IMG/VR virus record: IMGVR_UViG_3300024999_000030
Coordinates: 268,731 to 332,730 of that record
Strand: one strand, 5' to 3'
Length of the DNA stretch: 64,000 bases
Position numbers and translations under genes: made by a program. Under the pieces are notes generated by a model. That model was not told the origin of the DNA and did no database searches. It was given only the letters and a program-made list of their open reading frames with translations. Shown here in pieces: positions 1-9,064 of this stretch (position 1 is its first letter; every line of letters starts with the position of its first letter).

Positions 1-846
1 GAGAATATAGAAACTGTTCCATTTCGAGTGGGTAAGATTATTAAACCTACTCAAATTTTCCTTGGCATTAATGATAAGGGAGAAGATTTAATACTTAATC
101 TTAATGAAATAACACATACTATTATTGCTGGGGCCACTGGAGCCGGCAAATCAATGTGCATTCATACCATTCTCCATTCCCTTTTAGTTAAGAGTGGGGT
201 TGATATTATATATTTGGACCCTAAAAAAGTAGAAAGCCAATTATATAGTGGTTTAATTAGTTCTAATGGAATTAACTTAGCTTCTAATTCCAGAGACATT
301 TTAAATGAATTGAATCATATTCACAATTGGATGGAAGATAGATATAAATATATGGCCCAGCAACGTGTGCGTGATGCTATGACATCGTGGCTTACTGTTG
401 GGGACCCTAAACTTAAACCAATGGTGTTGGTTTGTGATGAAGTTGGTGATATGATTTCTGAATCACCAGAGGTAAGAAACATTTTACTTTCTTTGTCGTC
501 TAAATCTAGAGCCGCAGGTTTAAGAATTTTTCTAGCTACTCAACGCCCTGACGTTAAAATTATTGACGGAGCAATCAAAGCTAATTTTACCACTAGAATT
601 TGTTTTAAAACTAGTTCTCGTGTAGACTCTTCCATCATATTAGGTTTTGGTGGTGGCGAACATTTAAGAGGAAAGGGCCATGGGATTTTACTTAAATCAG
701 ATGGTACTGTTATTACTTTTAAAGGGGCGATGGTTGATCAAGTTAGACTTAATAAATATAGTATATCTTCGGTACCAGAAGCAAATATTCCAACTCTGTT
801 GAATTCTTCCATGGAGAGATTAAACCAATTAAAGAAATTAAAATAG
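1..846 (+). CDS. ftsK: FtsK/SpoIIIE-family DNA translocase ATPase domain (probably 5'-partial)
   Basis: Walker A AGATGAGKS, Walker B LVCDE, and FtsK motifs RAAGLRIFLATQRP, KANFTTRICF, GGEHLRGKG. The frame is open from base 1 (ENIETVPFRV...), so the true start is probably upstream of the window. Confidence 0.85.
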   Translation, partial: ENIETVPFRVGKIIKPTQIFLGINDKGEDLILNLNEITHTIIAGATGAGKSMCIHTILHSLLVKSGVDIIYLDPKKVESQLYSGLISSNGINLASNSRDILNELNHIHNWMEDRYKYMAQQRVRDAMTSWLTVGDPKLKPMVLVCDEVGDMISESPEVRNILLSLSSKSRAAGLRIFLATQRPDVKIIDGAIKANFTTRICFKTSSRVDSSIILGFGGGEHLRGKGHGILLKSDGTVITFKGAMVDQVRLNKYSISSVPEANIPTLLNSSMERLNQLKKLK

Positions 847-854
847 GAGCAAAC

Positions 855-2081
855 ATGTGGTCAATATTTAAACAAGCAAAACCTGTTTCAAGAAATTTAC
901 CTGATTGGTGTTTTATAGAATATCCCAAACAACTATGTGAAACTTTACATCGCCTATACGTGAGAGCTTATGATAGTCAAATTCTTTCTGGTATGAATCC
1001 CAATGCATTTGTTGATAACATTGGTAAGTTGGGAAGGCTTGAAATTTTACCAAGCCAAAATATAATTTCATCTATCGAAAAATCAGCATATATATATGCG
1101 TCTCTTTTTGGAAATCGAGGTATAGATATACATCCTAATATTCTTAATTTTTTAAATTCTCCAGAACACATTGACACATATGTTCTTAATACTCTTTTTA
1201 GAAAGTTATCTGGAACTCGTAATAATTCTGGAACCCATCTTTTTAGAAGCGGCATAGCTCAAAACTTACTAGCTGATAATATAGCTATGTGCGTATCTGG
1301 ATTAAATACTAATGTGATTGACACTATTCCAAATGAAACATTTAATGGTCCATATTCGTCAATCAAAAAAGAACTTAGTGTGTGGTCTATGGCTGTATTA
1401 CCTTTAGTATATGAATATTTTGATGCGATGAAAATTGCAGATGAATATATAAGAGTAAGAGCTTTAGAATCAGAAGTTCCAGCATTATGTGTTCACCCTA
1501 TGTGTTTAAAAACTTTTAAAATAGATAAACGTATTGTTGATTTATTTAAGTTCTATGTTGTAGATGGCAATAAAATGATTGCTACTTTCTGTTGTGATGC
1601 TCACGCTACTGCCGCTAAAGATAATGGCATTAATTATTTAACTGAACACGTTAATTTTGTATCCGGTCTTAATAAAAATACTAATATTAAATTTGGGCGC
1701 ATTAATAAAAACATGTTTTCTGTGGGCTGGGATAAATGGAAAGAACGAGATTGTATTGTTACATATATAGAATACCCATTATGTCGTCAACCATTTGTAG
1801 CGGAATTAAATAATATTATTGCTTCGGTGTGTGATGATAATAAATGTAGTCCATATTACCCTAGGCTTTACACTCCATTGGAGATTTATAACACAATTTC
1901 TCAATGCACTGTAGCTGAATTATCTAGTTGGCGAGAGTTCTTCATGGCCCATGGTTTAAGCGTTGATGTTGTTGCGTCTAAAAATGAGCGTGAAATATTA
2001 CAGAGAATGAGAGAAACATGGGCTCAAGATAAAGACTTTGGGTTCTTTTCTATGGATGAAAAATTTAAGAAAAACTATTAA
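855..2081 (+). CDS. Hypothetical protein (408 aa) with a Cys/His cluster
   Basis: Long ORF with GGAG RBS. Contains CVHPMC...CCDAH; no recognisable family. Confidence 0.8.
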   Translation: MWSIFKQAKPVSRNLPDWCFIEYPKQLCETLHRLYVRAYDSQILSGMNPNAFVDNIGKLGRLEILPSQNIISSIEKSAYIYASLFGNRGIDIHPNILNFLNSPEHIDTYVLNTLFRKLSGTRNNSGTHLFRSGIAQNLLADNIAMCVSGLNTNVIDTIPNETFNGPYSSIKKELSVWSMAVLPLVYEYFDAMKIADEYIRVRALESEVPALCVHPMCLKTFKIDKRIVDLFKFYVVDGNKMIATFCCDAHATAAKDNGINYLTEHVNFVSGLNKNTNIKFGRINKNMFSVGWDKWKERDCIVTYIEYPLCRQPFVAELNNIIASVCDDNKCSPYYPRLYTPLEIYNTISQCTVAELSSWREFFMAHGLSVDVVASKNEREILQRMRETWAQDKDFGFFSMDEKFKKNY

Positions 2082-2083
2082 TA
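2075..2083 (+). promoter_or_regulatory. CTATTAATA motif (candidate phage late/middle promoter) upstream of the sigma gene
   Basis: Exact copy of the motif found in several other intergenic gaps. A TATAAT at 2090-2095 is an alternative -10. Confidence 0.4.
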
Positions 2084-2107
2084 AAACTGTATAATGTAGG
2101 AGGAAAG

Positions 2108-2926
2108 ATGGCTGGAGATTCCCTTTCTAAACTGGTTGAACAATATTCGCAAGTCTATGGCAGAAAACGCCTTACTAATCAGGAAATGTTCGACAAGATC
2201 AAAGAGTTTCAGGCTACTGAAGATGAAGCGGCTATGATTGAAATGATTGGTGCTAATATTGGTCTCATAATTAAAGACACCTATAGTATTGTTAAGGATT
2301 ACACTCAAGTTGAATCGTATATTGGTAGTGCCATCATTGGCTTTATCGAAGGTGTTAAACATTTTGATGTTGCTAAAAGTGCAGGTTTAACTAATCCAAA
2401 TGGTTATATTTTTGAATGGGTTAGAGCGATGATTCATAAAGATTTTTATAAGGATAAGGCATTTTTATCTGGTCTCACTGGTAAAAATAAAATGATTGTT
2501 AATGCTCTTATCCAGGCAGAGAAGTCTGGGACTCTTTCTACGCCGGATCTTATCGAATCTGTGGCAACTCAATTAAACGAGGATAAGAAAACCGTAACCA
2601 CCGTTCATGCCACCATTGGATCTAAAATTAGTTTGTCTCATATGGACGGTAATGACGTAGTTGATATTCATTATGTTGAACATAATCCAATGGCTGCTGT
2701 TAACATGGCTCATATTAAAACTTCTTTGATGCCTGTTCTTAAAGAAATTTTAACTGAGAGGGAGTTTGATACTGTTCTGTCGCGTATTATGGACGATGAA
2801 ACTTTAGAGACCATTGGTAAGCGTTATGGTGTGTCCAAAGAGGCTGTTCGAATTTATGAAAAGACTGCGTTTAAGAAGCTTCGTGGTGACCATCGGGTCA
2901 AGGCGTTTTTCAATGCCCTGGATTAA
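2108..2926 (+). CDS. Phage sigma-70-family RNA polymerase sigma factor
   Basis: Region 2-like IGANIGLIIK...IGFIEGVKHFD...YIFEWVRAMI and region 4.2 HTH ETLETIGKRYGVSKEAVRIYEKTAFKKLR. AGGAGG RBS. Confidence 0.88.
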   Translation: MAGDSLSKLVEQYSQVYGRKRLTNQEMFDKIKEFQATEDEAAMIEMIGANIGLIIKDTYSIVKDYTQVESYIGSAIIGFIEGVKHFDVAKSAGLTNPNGYIFEWVRAMIHKDFYKDKAFLSGLTGKNKMIVNALIQAEKSGTLSTPDLIESVATQLNEDKKTVTTVHATIGSKISLSHMDGNDVVDIHYVEHNPMAAVNMAHIKTSLMPVLKEILTEREFDTVLSRIMDDETLETIGKRYGVSKEAVRIYEKTAFKKLRGDHRVKAFFNALD

Positions 2927-3098
2927 ATAATGAAAAAGATATATAGTTCATGTGGGTTAAGTAAACCATTATCATGCTTAACTCGCATGACTATATATCG
3001 AATCATAAATAAAATTAAAATAGGAGGTTATATCTTACGAAAAGAAACCTCAAAGAAAGATAAAATAATAAAATAAATTTACCTAGAGGGGTACTCTT

Positions 3099-4352
3099 AT
3101 GCCTACTTATGTTGTTGACACTTCCGTCCTACTTGAAGATCAATCTGTACTTAATGACATGCAAGATTCAGAGCTTATTATCCCATTAGCTGTACTTCAG
3201 GAGTTAGATAATCATAAATGTGATTTAGGATTAGTTGGATATAACGCTCGAACTTTCGTTAAACAACTTGAAAAACTAAGACAAAATGCTTGCTTGACGG
3301 ATGGTGTATCATTCGGTTCTTCATGTTCTTTAAAAGTGGACGTTACAGAGTTTCCCAATGCCACAGCCGATCAAAAAATTATAGCCCTATGTGAGTCCCT
3401 AAAAAAAGAAGCCAAAGATAAAATATTCTTATTGTCTGAAGATATATCTTTGAGGTTAATTGCTGAAGCAAAAGGAATATCTGCTAAATCTGGAATGTAT
3501 ATGCAAGATGAAAGTTTATATAAAGGTGTTAGAGAAATTAGTCTTGAAAAGAATGAAATAGATTCTTTCTTCAAAACAAAACGGGCGCCTATTGATTTTG
3601 CATACCCTAATGAATATTTTATTATGAGGGGAAATGGAAATGGTGGTGCTGTTGGAAAATATAAACAGAAGTCTGGATGCATAGTTCCACTGGGAGATGT
3701 TGATATTGTAAATGATTTTGTGCGTGCTAGAAATGCAAACCAAAGGTTTCTTGTTGATGCTATTCTCGATCCGGATATTTCGATAGTAATGGCGGCATCT
3801 AAAGCTGGTTGTGGAAAAACTATTCTATCTCTTGGGGCAGCTTTATATCTCACTAGACACGCTAAAAGTTATCAACAGGTTGTAATTACCAAGGCCGTGA
3901 CTCCCGTTGGAGGAAAAGATTCCATTGGTTTTCTTCCAGGTTCTTTCGACGAGAAAATGCGTTTCTGGACTTTAAATTTTACTGATAATTTATCGGTGGT
4001 TTCTGATGAAAAGGGTGGTTATGGTTCAGATATTTTTACCTCAGATGACATTGAAGTTTGTTCTTTAATGCATATGAGGGGAAGGTCACTTCATCATGCG
4101 ATTATTATTGTAGATGAATTTCAAAACCTCACTCCAAAAGAAGCAAAGACAATTATCACGAGAGTGGGTGAGGGATCAAAAATTATTTGCTTAGGAGATA
4201 TAACTCAAATTGACGTATCGTATTTAAATGAATATAATAATGGCTTAACTTATATTACTAATAAATTTAAAGAACATGATATTGCAGCTAGCGTATATCT
4301 AGATAAAAATGAAAGATCTCGTCTGTCTAATTTAGCCGCAGAGATTCTGTAA
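3099..4352 (+). CDS. phoH: PIN domain-PhoH family ATPase (PhoH2/YlaK type)
   Basis: N-terminal PIN (YVVDTSVLL, ELDNHK, ADQKII, SEDISLR) and PhoH motifs KAGCGKT, GFLPGS, MRGRSL, DEFQN, GDITQID. Confidence 0.92.
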   Translation: MPTYVVDTSVLLEDQSVLNDMQDSELIIPLAVLQELDNHKCDLGLVGYNARTFVKQLEKLRQNACLTDGVSFGSSCSLKVDVTEFPNATADQKIIALCESLKKEAKDKIFLLSEDISLRLIAEAKGISAKSGMYMQDESLYKGVREISLEKNEIDSFFKTKRAPIDFAYPNEYFIMRGNGNGGAVGKYKQKSGCIVPLGDVDIVNDFVRARNANQRFLVDAILDPDISIVMAASKAGCGKTILSLGAALYLTRHAKSYQQVVITKAVTPVGGKDSIGFLPGSFDEKMRFWTLNFTDNLSVVSDEKGGYGSDIFTSDDIEVCSLMHMRGRSLHHAIIIVDEFQNLTPKEAKTIITRVGEGSKIICLGDITQIDVSYLNEYNNGLTYITNKFKEHDIAASVYLDKNERSRLSNLAAEIL

Positions 4353-4374
4353 AATAAATTACTTAGTTAAGTTG

Positions 4375-4404
4375 CTACTGCATGGTTATTTTATCATGCA
4401 GTAG
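4375..4404 (+). terminator. Stem-loop after phoH (terminator-like or processing hairpin)
   Basis: CTACTGCATG (4375-4384) / CATGCAGTAG (4395-4404) is a perfect 10-bp inverted repeat. The following U-tract is weak. Confidence 0.5.
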
Positions 4405-4425
4405 TGTCTTAATTTGGAGGCACAT

Positions 4426-4815
4426 ATGATAAGTACTGAAGACAGTGTAAGAACATTTTTGGAATGTATTTCTATACAGCCCACTGGAGATGTGGAACAA
4501 GACGCTAAGATTAAAGAAATACTTAAGAAAAGCATTTATGATTTATGTTTTGTTATGGTTCCCGATGTAGATTCTTTAGTTGATGATCGGGGTGTGTTTA
4601 AACCAAGCTCTCCAGAACATGCCGCTGTAATGAAAGCCTTTCTAGGAGAGCAACGTAAAGTTATTTTTTCTGTATTTAGTGGAATAGCTAAACTCAAAGA
4701 AGAAGATGAAAACACAAAATCTGAGCTAAAGGCTGAAATTAAAGAACTTAAATTAGATATGAATAAAATTATGACTAGACTTAAAGGTATTATGAAAAAT
4801 CAACTCACTTCTTAA
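4426..4815 (+). CDS. Hypothetical protein with coiled-coil C-terminus
   Basis: GGAGG RBS places the start at ATG 4426 rather than TTG 4414. Confidence 0.75.
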   Translation: MISTEDSVRTFLECISIQPTGDVEQDAKIKEILKKSIYDLCFVMVPDVDSLVDDRGVFKPSSPEHAAVMKAFLGEQRKVIFSVFSGIAKLKEEDENTKSELKAEIKELKLDMNKIMTRLKGIMKNQLTS

Positions 4816-4840
4816 TTTTTTTAATTGGCATGGAAGTTGC

Positions 4841-5130
4841 TACGCGCGTGCGCGCGTATTATTTAGTATTATTATATTATTATAATAATAAAACAATACG
4901 CCTCAATTGAGGACCACTATTGAGGGGCTCATATGAGGACATCATATGAGGTAAACATATTGAGGCAAACATAATGCGGCGAATATATTGAGACAAATAA
5001 TTAAATTATTAAATTATTCGTCTCATTTATGGTCTCATTATTCTATTGTCTTTGCTAAATAAGGGAGTATTATAGTTATATGTATTATATAATAATTTCT
5101 TTAAATAATTTCTTTATAAGAATGTTTTAA
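4841..5130. repeat. Non-coding iteron-like array with GC palindrome and AT-rich flanks (candidate replication origin)
   Basis: TGAGG-core units at 4908, 4921, 4934, 4947, 4961, 4975 (TGCGG) and 4989 (TGAGA), with 13-14 bp period. Inverted TCTCA at 5021 and 5033. TACGCGCG-TG-CGCGCGTA palindrome at 4841-4858. This is the largest intergenic gap in the window. Confidence 0.65.
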
Positions 5131-5186
5131 AGACATTACGGGAATCTTAAAAGTGTATTTGAAATACAGAGTAAGTTGGAGGAAAT

Positions 5187-5516
5187 ATGATAGTGCTAGC
5201 AATTCTTCTTGGGGCAATAGCAACTGAAGCTACTGTAAAAGTTCTTTTACGTGGATCTATATTTGAATCTCCTAGAAATTGGATTTATTCAAAAATATCT
5301 GATCAAAAATTTATTGGCAAATTAATTCGTTGTCCTTATTGCTTATCGTTTTGGGTATCAATGTTGATACTTATATCAGCATTACATTTACCTAGTTGGT
5401 TCTTGGTTTATGTTTCATGGATGTCTATATGTAGACTTAGCAATATAATTCATGACATCTCTGATAAGATTTATTATACGCAATATGGAACTGGAATCTC
5501 CCAGGATTCAAAATAA
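5187..5516 (+). CDS. Small membrane protein, DUF1360-like
   Basis: Hydrophobic segments and a LIRCPYCLSFWVS motif. GGAGG RBS. Confidence 0.6.
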   Translation: MIVLAILLGAIATEATVKVLLRGSIFESPRNWIYSKISDQKFIGKLIRCPYCLSFWVSMLILISALHLPSWFLVYVSWMSICRLSNIIHDISDKIYYTQYGTGISQDSK

Positions 5517-5530
5517 GAAAGAAGGCTGAC

Positions 5531-5812
5531 ATGCAACAAACTGAAATCAATATAACATTTCCTGTAATTATTGGAGCCCAAGACTATCATGAGTTTATGG
5601 ATTATAGAGATGTTTTAAAAGATATTACTGGTGAACCTATTAAATACATTGAAATACAATCGGAACTTTATGAAATAGAAAACTTTACAGGAAACAAAAC
5701 AGATAAAGATAAACTTATATTTGAACTTACAAATAAATTATCTGGATTAGTAGATATCAAAAAACTTCTTAAAAGAAACCATACTCCATATTGTGCTGTG
5801 TTTTATATTTAA
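5531..5812 (+). CDS. Hypothetical protein
   Basis: 93-aa ORF in a co-oriented run with an AAGG RBS. Confidence 0.65.
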   Translation: MQQTEINITFPVIIGAQDYHEFMDYRDVLKDITGEPIKYIEIQSELYEIENFTGNKTDKDKLIFELTNKLSGLVDIKKLLKRNHTPYCAVFYI

Positions 5813-5824
5813 CACTATTCTTGA

Positions 5825-5853
5825 TTGACTTTTTAATTTATGTATATTATATT
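5825..5853 (+). promoter_or_regulatory. Sigma-70-type promoter TTGACT-N17-TATATT
   Basis: TTGACT 5825-5830, TATATT 5848-5853. One of five exact copies. Confidence 0.85.
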
Positions 5854-5881
5854 TTATAAGCAATAAAAAGAAAGGACTAAA

Positions 5882-7309
5882 ATGATAAGTGAAAGCAAAT
5901 TAAAGTTTTGGATTGAAAACAATCAAAACGTTTTGTTCGTTGGTAAGCACGGAGTGGGTAAGACCGCTAGAGTTTTAAATGCCTTTGAGGAATCAAAACT
6001 TAAATGGTTATATTTTAGTGCTTCCACTCTAGATCCATGGGTGGATTTTATTGGCATTCCAAAAGAAGTAAAAGATGCAAATGGCAATAGTTACATAGAC
6101 TTAGTCCGTCCAAAGGCTTTTGCTGAAGACGATGTAGAGGCTATTTTCTTGGACGAATATAACAGAAGTCCTAAAAAAGTTAGAAATGCAGTAATGGAAC
6201 TCATACAATTCAAATCTATTAACGGTAAGAAATTTAAAAACCTTAGAATTATTTGGGCTGCTATTAACCCAGACGAAGAAGGAGATGGAGAAGAAGGTTA
6301 TGATGTGGAAAAACTCGATCCTGCTCAAAGAGATAGGTTTCATGTAATCGTGGATGTTCCATATAAACCAGATCGTGGATATTTTGTGTCTAAATATGGA
6401 AAGGAAATTTCAGAAGATGCTATTGGGTGGTGGACTGATTTAGATAAAGTTTCTCAAAATAGTGTGTCTCCTAGACGATTAGACTATGCATTAGATTTGT
6501 ATGTTAAAAAAGGAGATCTTAGAGACGTCTTACCAAGCAATGTTAACGTAACTAAACTCATACAAGAACTAGGAGGAAGAAGTACAAAGAAGGCTATAGC
6601 TGATTTATATTCCTCTCAAGACGTAGATAAGTCAAAAATCTTTTTATCGTCTAGAAATAATGTGGATGCTATTACTAAACTATTGAATATAAATGAGGGT
6701 TATAGAAAATTCTTTTTGCCTTTAATTGGAGAAGAAGATCTTGCTAGACTTATGTCAACTAGCAATATCATTTATGAAAACGTTATTCAAGATAGTAAGT
6801 ATGAAAGTATTATACAGGAAATTAAGAAAACAAAATCTTCATTAGCTAAAAGACTAATGAAAGATGTGCCACAAAAAATTAAAGGATATACTTTTTCTTC
6901 TGTGTCTTTAGATAATCCACCTAATGCAAAGCGTTCAAAAAAGTTTACTATAAAAACAGGGGTAGCTATAAGTTACGTTTTATCTAGCAAACGTAGTTCA
7001 TTATATGGAACGTACGATAGAGTATGTGCTATTAATTATATAATTCATAATATAAAATCAACAGATGATATTAAAACTTTTAAAGAATCAATTGAAATTA
7101 TGAAAACATTATTCGAGAGATCTAATTTTACTACAATAAATAAAATAACTCACATAGATCATATTTTTGGTTTTGTTATTAAAAAATTAAGTTTACTGAA
7201 TGGTAGAGATGCAGGTAAAGAACTTTCAATCTTTAATGCTAGCCTATCGGCTATTGGCAAAAATAAATTAAACTTATTCTTAGTAAGTAGGGGCATTATG
7301 TATGTTTAA
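5882..7309 (+). CDS. MoxR-like AAA+ ATPase
   Basis: Walker A GKHGVGKT, Walker B IFLDEYNR, AVMELIQ, sensor AAINP, LDPAQRDRF, SPRRL. Confidence 0.88.
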   Translation: MISESKLKFWIENNQNVLFVGKHGVGKTARVLNAFEESKLKWLYFSASTLDPWVDFIGIPKEVKDANGNSYIDLVRPKAFAEDDVEAIFLDEYNRSPKKVRNAVMELIQFKSINGKKFKNLRIIWAAINPDEEGDGEEGYDVEKLDPAQRDRFHVIVDVPYKPDRGYFVSKYGKEISEDAIGWWTDLDKVSQNSVSPRRLDYALDLYVKKGDLRDVLPSNVNVTKLIQELGGRSTKKAIADLYSSQDVDKSKIFLSSRNNVDAITKLLNINEGYRKFFLPLIGEEDLARLMSTSNIIYENVIQDSKYESIIQEIKKTKSSLAKRLMKDVPQKIKGYTFSSVSLDNPPNAKRSKKFTIKTGVAISYVLSSKRSSLYGTYDRVCAINYIIHNIKSTDDIKTFKESIEIMKTLFERSNFTTINKITHIDHIFGFVIKKLSLLNGRDAGKELSIFNASLSAIGKNKLNLFLVSRGIMYV

Positions 7310-8618
7310 TACAAAAGATGAAATCAGTTTATCTAACGAAGAATTTTCTACTATAGCTAGAGGATTAGATTCTCATCACGCTGTATTTTCTACTTTGTGG
7401 AATTTAGGGAAACCAACATTCACAAACTTAACAGATACAGCAATGGTGTCTTTTGAAGACAACAATGAAAACCGTGTTAACTTTTATTTTAATCCTTCCT
7501 TTTGGAATGAGCTAACAGAATATGAAAGGAATTTTGTAATATGTCATGAATGTCTCCATGTTATTCTTGGGCATGGAGCAAGATTAAAATCTTTATTGAA
7601 TGGTAAATCTAATGCTAGTATAGCTGCGAATGCTAATATAGCTGCGGATATAGTAGTTAATCATATGCTTACTGGGTCTATGGGATTTGATAGAACTAAG
7701 TTAGTTAAACTAAATAAGAATGGATGTTGGGTCGATATAGTTTTTAAAGAAACAGATAAGATTGAAAAGGATAGGTGTCTAGAATATTATTATAACCTTC
7801 TAAATAAATTAGATGAACAAAGTGAAAAAACAACCATAGACGATCATTCTAATCTTAGTGGAACCAATATAGACGGATCAAATAATAATCTTATTGAAGA
7901 TTTAGTAGACGATGTCATCAGGGATTTAAGCCAGGATGATATGAAGTCATTCTCTGATATGGTAGGCCAAAATAAAGAAGAGTCTAATTCTCAACAGCGC
8001 GGAACTATTGCTGGTAATATTACTCAAGTTATAAAACTTACAAAAGTAATTACCAAAAAGAAATGGGAAACAGTTATTAATAAATGGGCACAAAAACAAA
8101 TTAAAGATTCTAATAAAGACCACGAACAATGGGCTAGAACCAACAGAAGATTTAATGAGATATCTTTACTTTCAAATCTATTTCTTCCATCCGAAATGGA
8201 AGTGGATGAGAGGGAACAAGAAGAAACTAAGATAAAAGTTGTATTCTTTCAGGACACCTCTGGATCTTGCCGGGGGTTTGCTAAGAGATTTTTTACTGCA
8301 GCCGCCAGTCTTCCTAAAGATAAATTTGATATAGATCTTTATTGTTTCGATACTCAAGTATATAAAACATCTTTGGAAAGCGGTAAACTTTATGGTTTTG
8401 GCGGAACGTCTTTTTCGATATTAGAAAGTTATGTTTGGAATAATATAGCTCAGCGCGATGAAAAGAAATATCCCAAAGCTATTTTTGTAATTACAGATGG
8501 ATATGGAGATAATATTAATCCGAGAATACCTAAGAAATGGTATTGGTTTTTGTCTTCGTCTTATAGAAGTTGTATATCAAATAAGTGTAATATTTTCAAA
8601 TTATCTGATTTTGAATGA
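7302..8618 (+). CDS. Metallopeptidase-vWA protein (DUF2201-type), partner of the AAA ATPase
   Basis: HExxH motif CHECLHVILGH with ANIAADIVVN, C-terminal MIDAS DTSGS, GGTSF, ITDGY. Confidence 0.85.
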   Translation: MFNTKDEISLSNEEFSTIARGLDSHHAVFSTLWNLGKPTFTNLTDTAMVSFEDNNENRVNFYFNPSFWNELTEYERNFVICHECLHVILGHGARLKSLLNGKSNASIAANANIAADIVVNHMLTGSMGFDRTKLVKLNKNGCWVDIVFKETDKIEKDRCLEYYYNLLNKLDEQSEKTTIDDHSNLSGTNIDGSNNNLIEDLVDDVIRDLSQDDMKSFSDMVGQNKEESNSQQRGTIAGNITQVIKLTKVITKKKWETVINKWAQKQIKDSNKDHEQWARTNRRFNEISLLSNLFLPSEMEVDEREQEETKIKVVFFQDTSGSCRGFAKRFFTAAASLPKDKFDIDLYCFDTQVYKTSLESGKLYGFGGTSFSILESYVWNNIAQRDEKKYPKAIFVITDGYGDNINPRIPKKWYWFLSSSYRSCISNKCNIFKLSDFE

Positions 8619-8619
8619 T

Positions 8620-8648
8620 TTGACTTTTTAACATAATAATCTTATATT
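8620..8648 (+). promoter_or_regulatory. Sigma-70-type promoter TTGACT-N17-TATATT
   Basis: TTGACT 8620-8625, TATATT 8643-8648, followed by an AGGAGGAG RBS. Confidence 0.85.
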
Positions 8649-8669
8649 ATATAGGAGGAGTAAAAAGAT

Positions 8670-8891
8670 ATGGCTAAAGTGTATGTAAGAGATGGTGAGC
8701 CGATTGATAGAGCGTTAAAGCGTTTTACTAATGCAGTATCTAAAGATGGGATTCTTCGTGAGCTTAAGATGAGGGAATATTTTCTCACTGCAACTCAAAA
8801 GAAGAGAATTAAAAAAGAAGAAGCTAGAAAACGTTTCATGAAAAATCTTAAAAAGAAGTTTTCTAAGGAAGACTCACTAAGTAAACGCTAA
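8670..8891 (+). CDS. rpsU: 30S ribosomal protein S21 (phage-encoded)
   Basis: MAKVYVRDGEPIDRALKRF...GILRELKMREYF...KKRIKKEEARKR matches the bS21 pattern. 73 aa, basic. Confidence 0.92.
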   Translation: MAKVYVRDGEPIDRALKRFTNAVSKDGILRELKMREYFLTATQKKRIKKEEARKRFMKNLKKKFSKEDSLSKR

Positions 8892-9064
8892 TGGTTGATA
8901 ATCATATTGACGAAGTCAAACTTAAATTTGCTAATATAAGACAGGCTATCAAAAACTTACCAATCGATGAAGAAGTTAAGGAACAGCTAAATAAAATTTT
9001 ATTTTCTCAGCTAAGGACAATCATAGCATATGTCGGATCAACCGAAGAAAAGCAAACTAGATAA
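8891..9064 (+). CDS. Small hypothetical protein (57 aa, below the ORF-track cutoff)
   Basis: TAATG overlap with the rpsU stop. MVDNHIDEVKLKFANIRQAIKNLPIDEEVKEQLNKILFSQLRTIIAYVGSTEEKQTR fills the gap. Confidence 0.6.
   Translation: MVDNHIDEVKLKFANIRQAIKNLPIDEEVKEQLNKILFSQLRTIIAYVGSTEEKQTR

Noticed and set aside
2930-3076. 48-codon ORF MKKIYSSCGLSKPLSCL..., faintly like a degraded zinc-finger or homing-endonuclease start
   Set aside because: No RBS, only two Cys, and Lys-rich low-complexity sequence expected in AT-rich DNA. Not supportable as a gene.
4901-4993. Repeat array considered as a mini-CRISPR
   Set aside because: Units are only 13-14 bp with a 5-bp core, with no 25-40 bp repeats or unique spacers and no cas genes.
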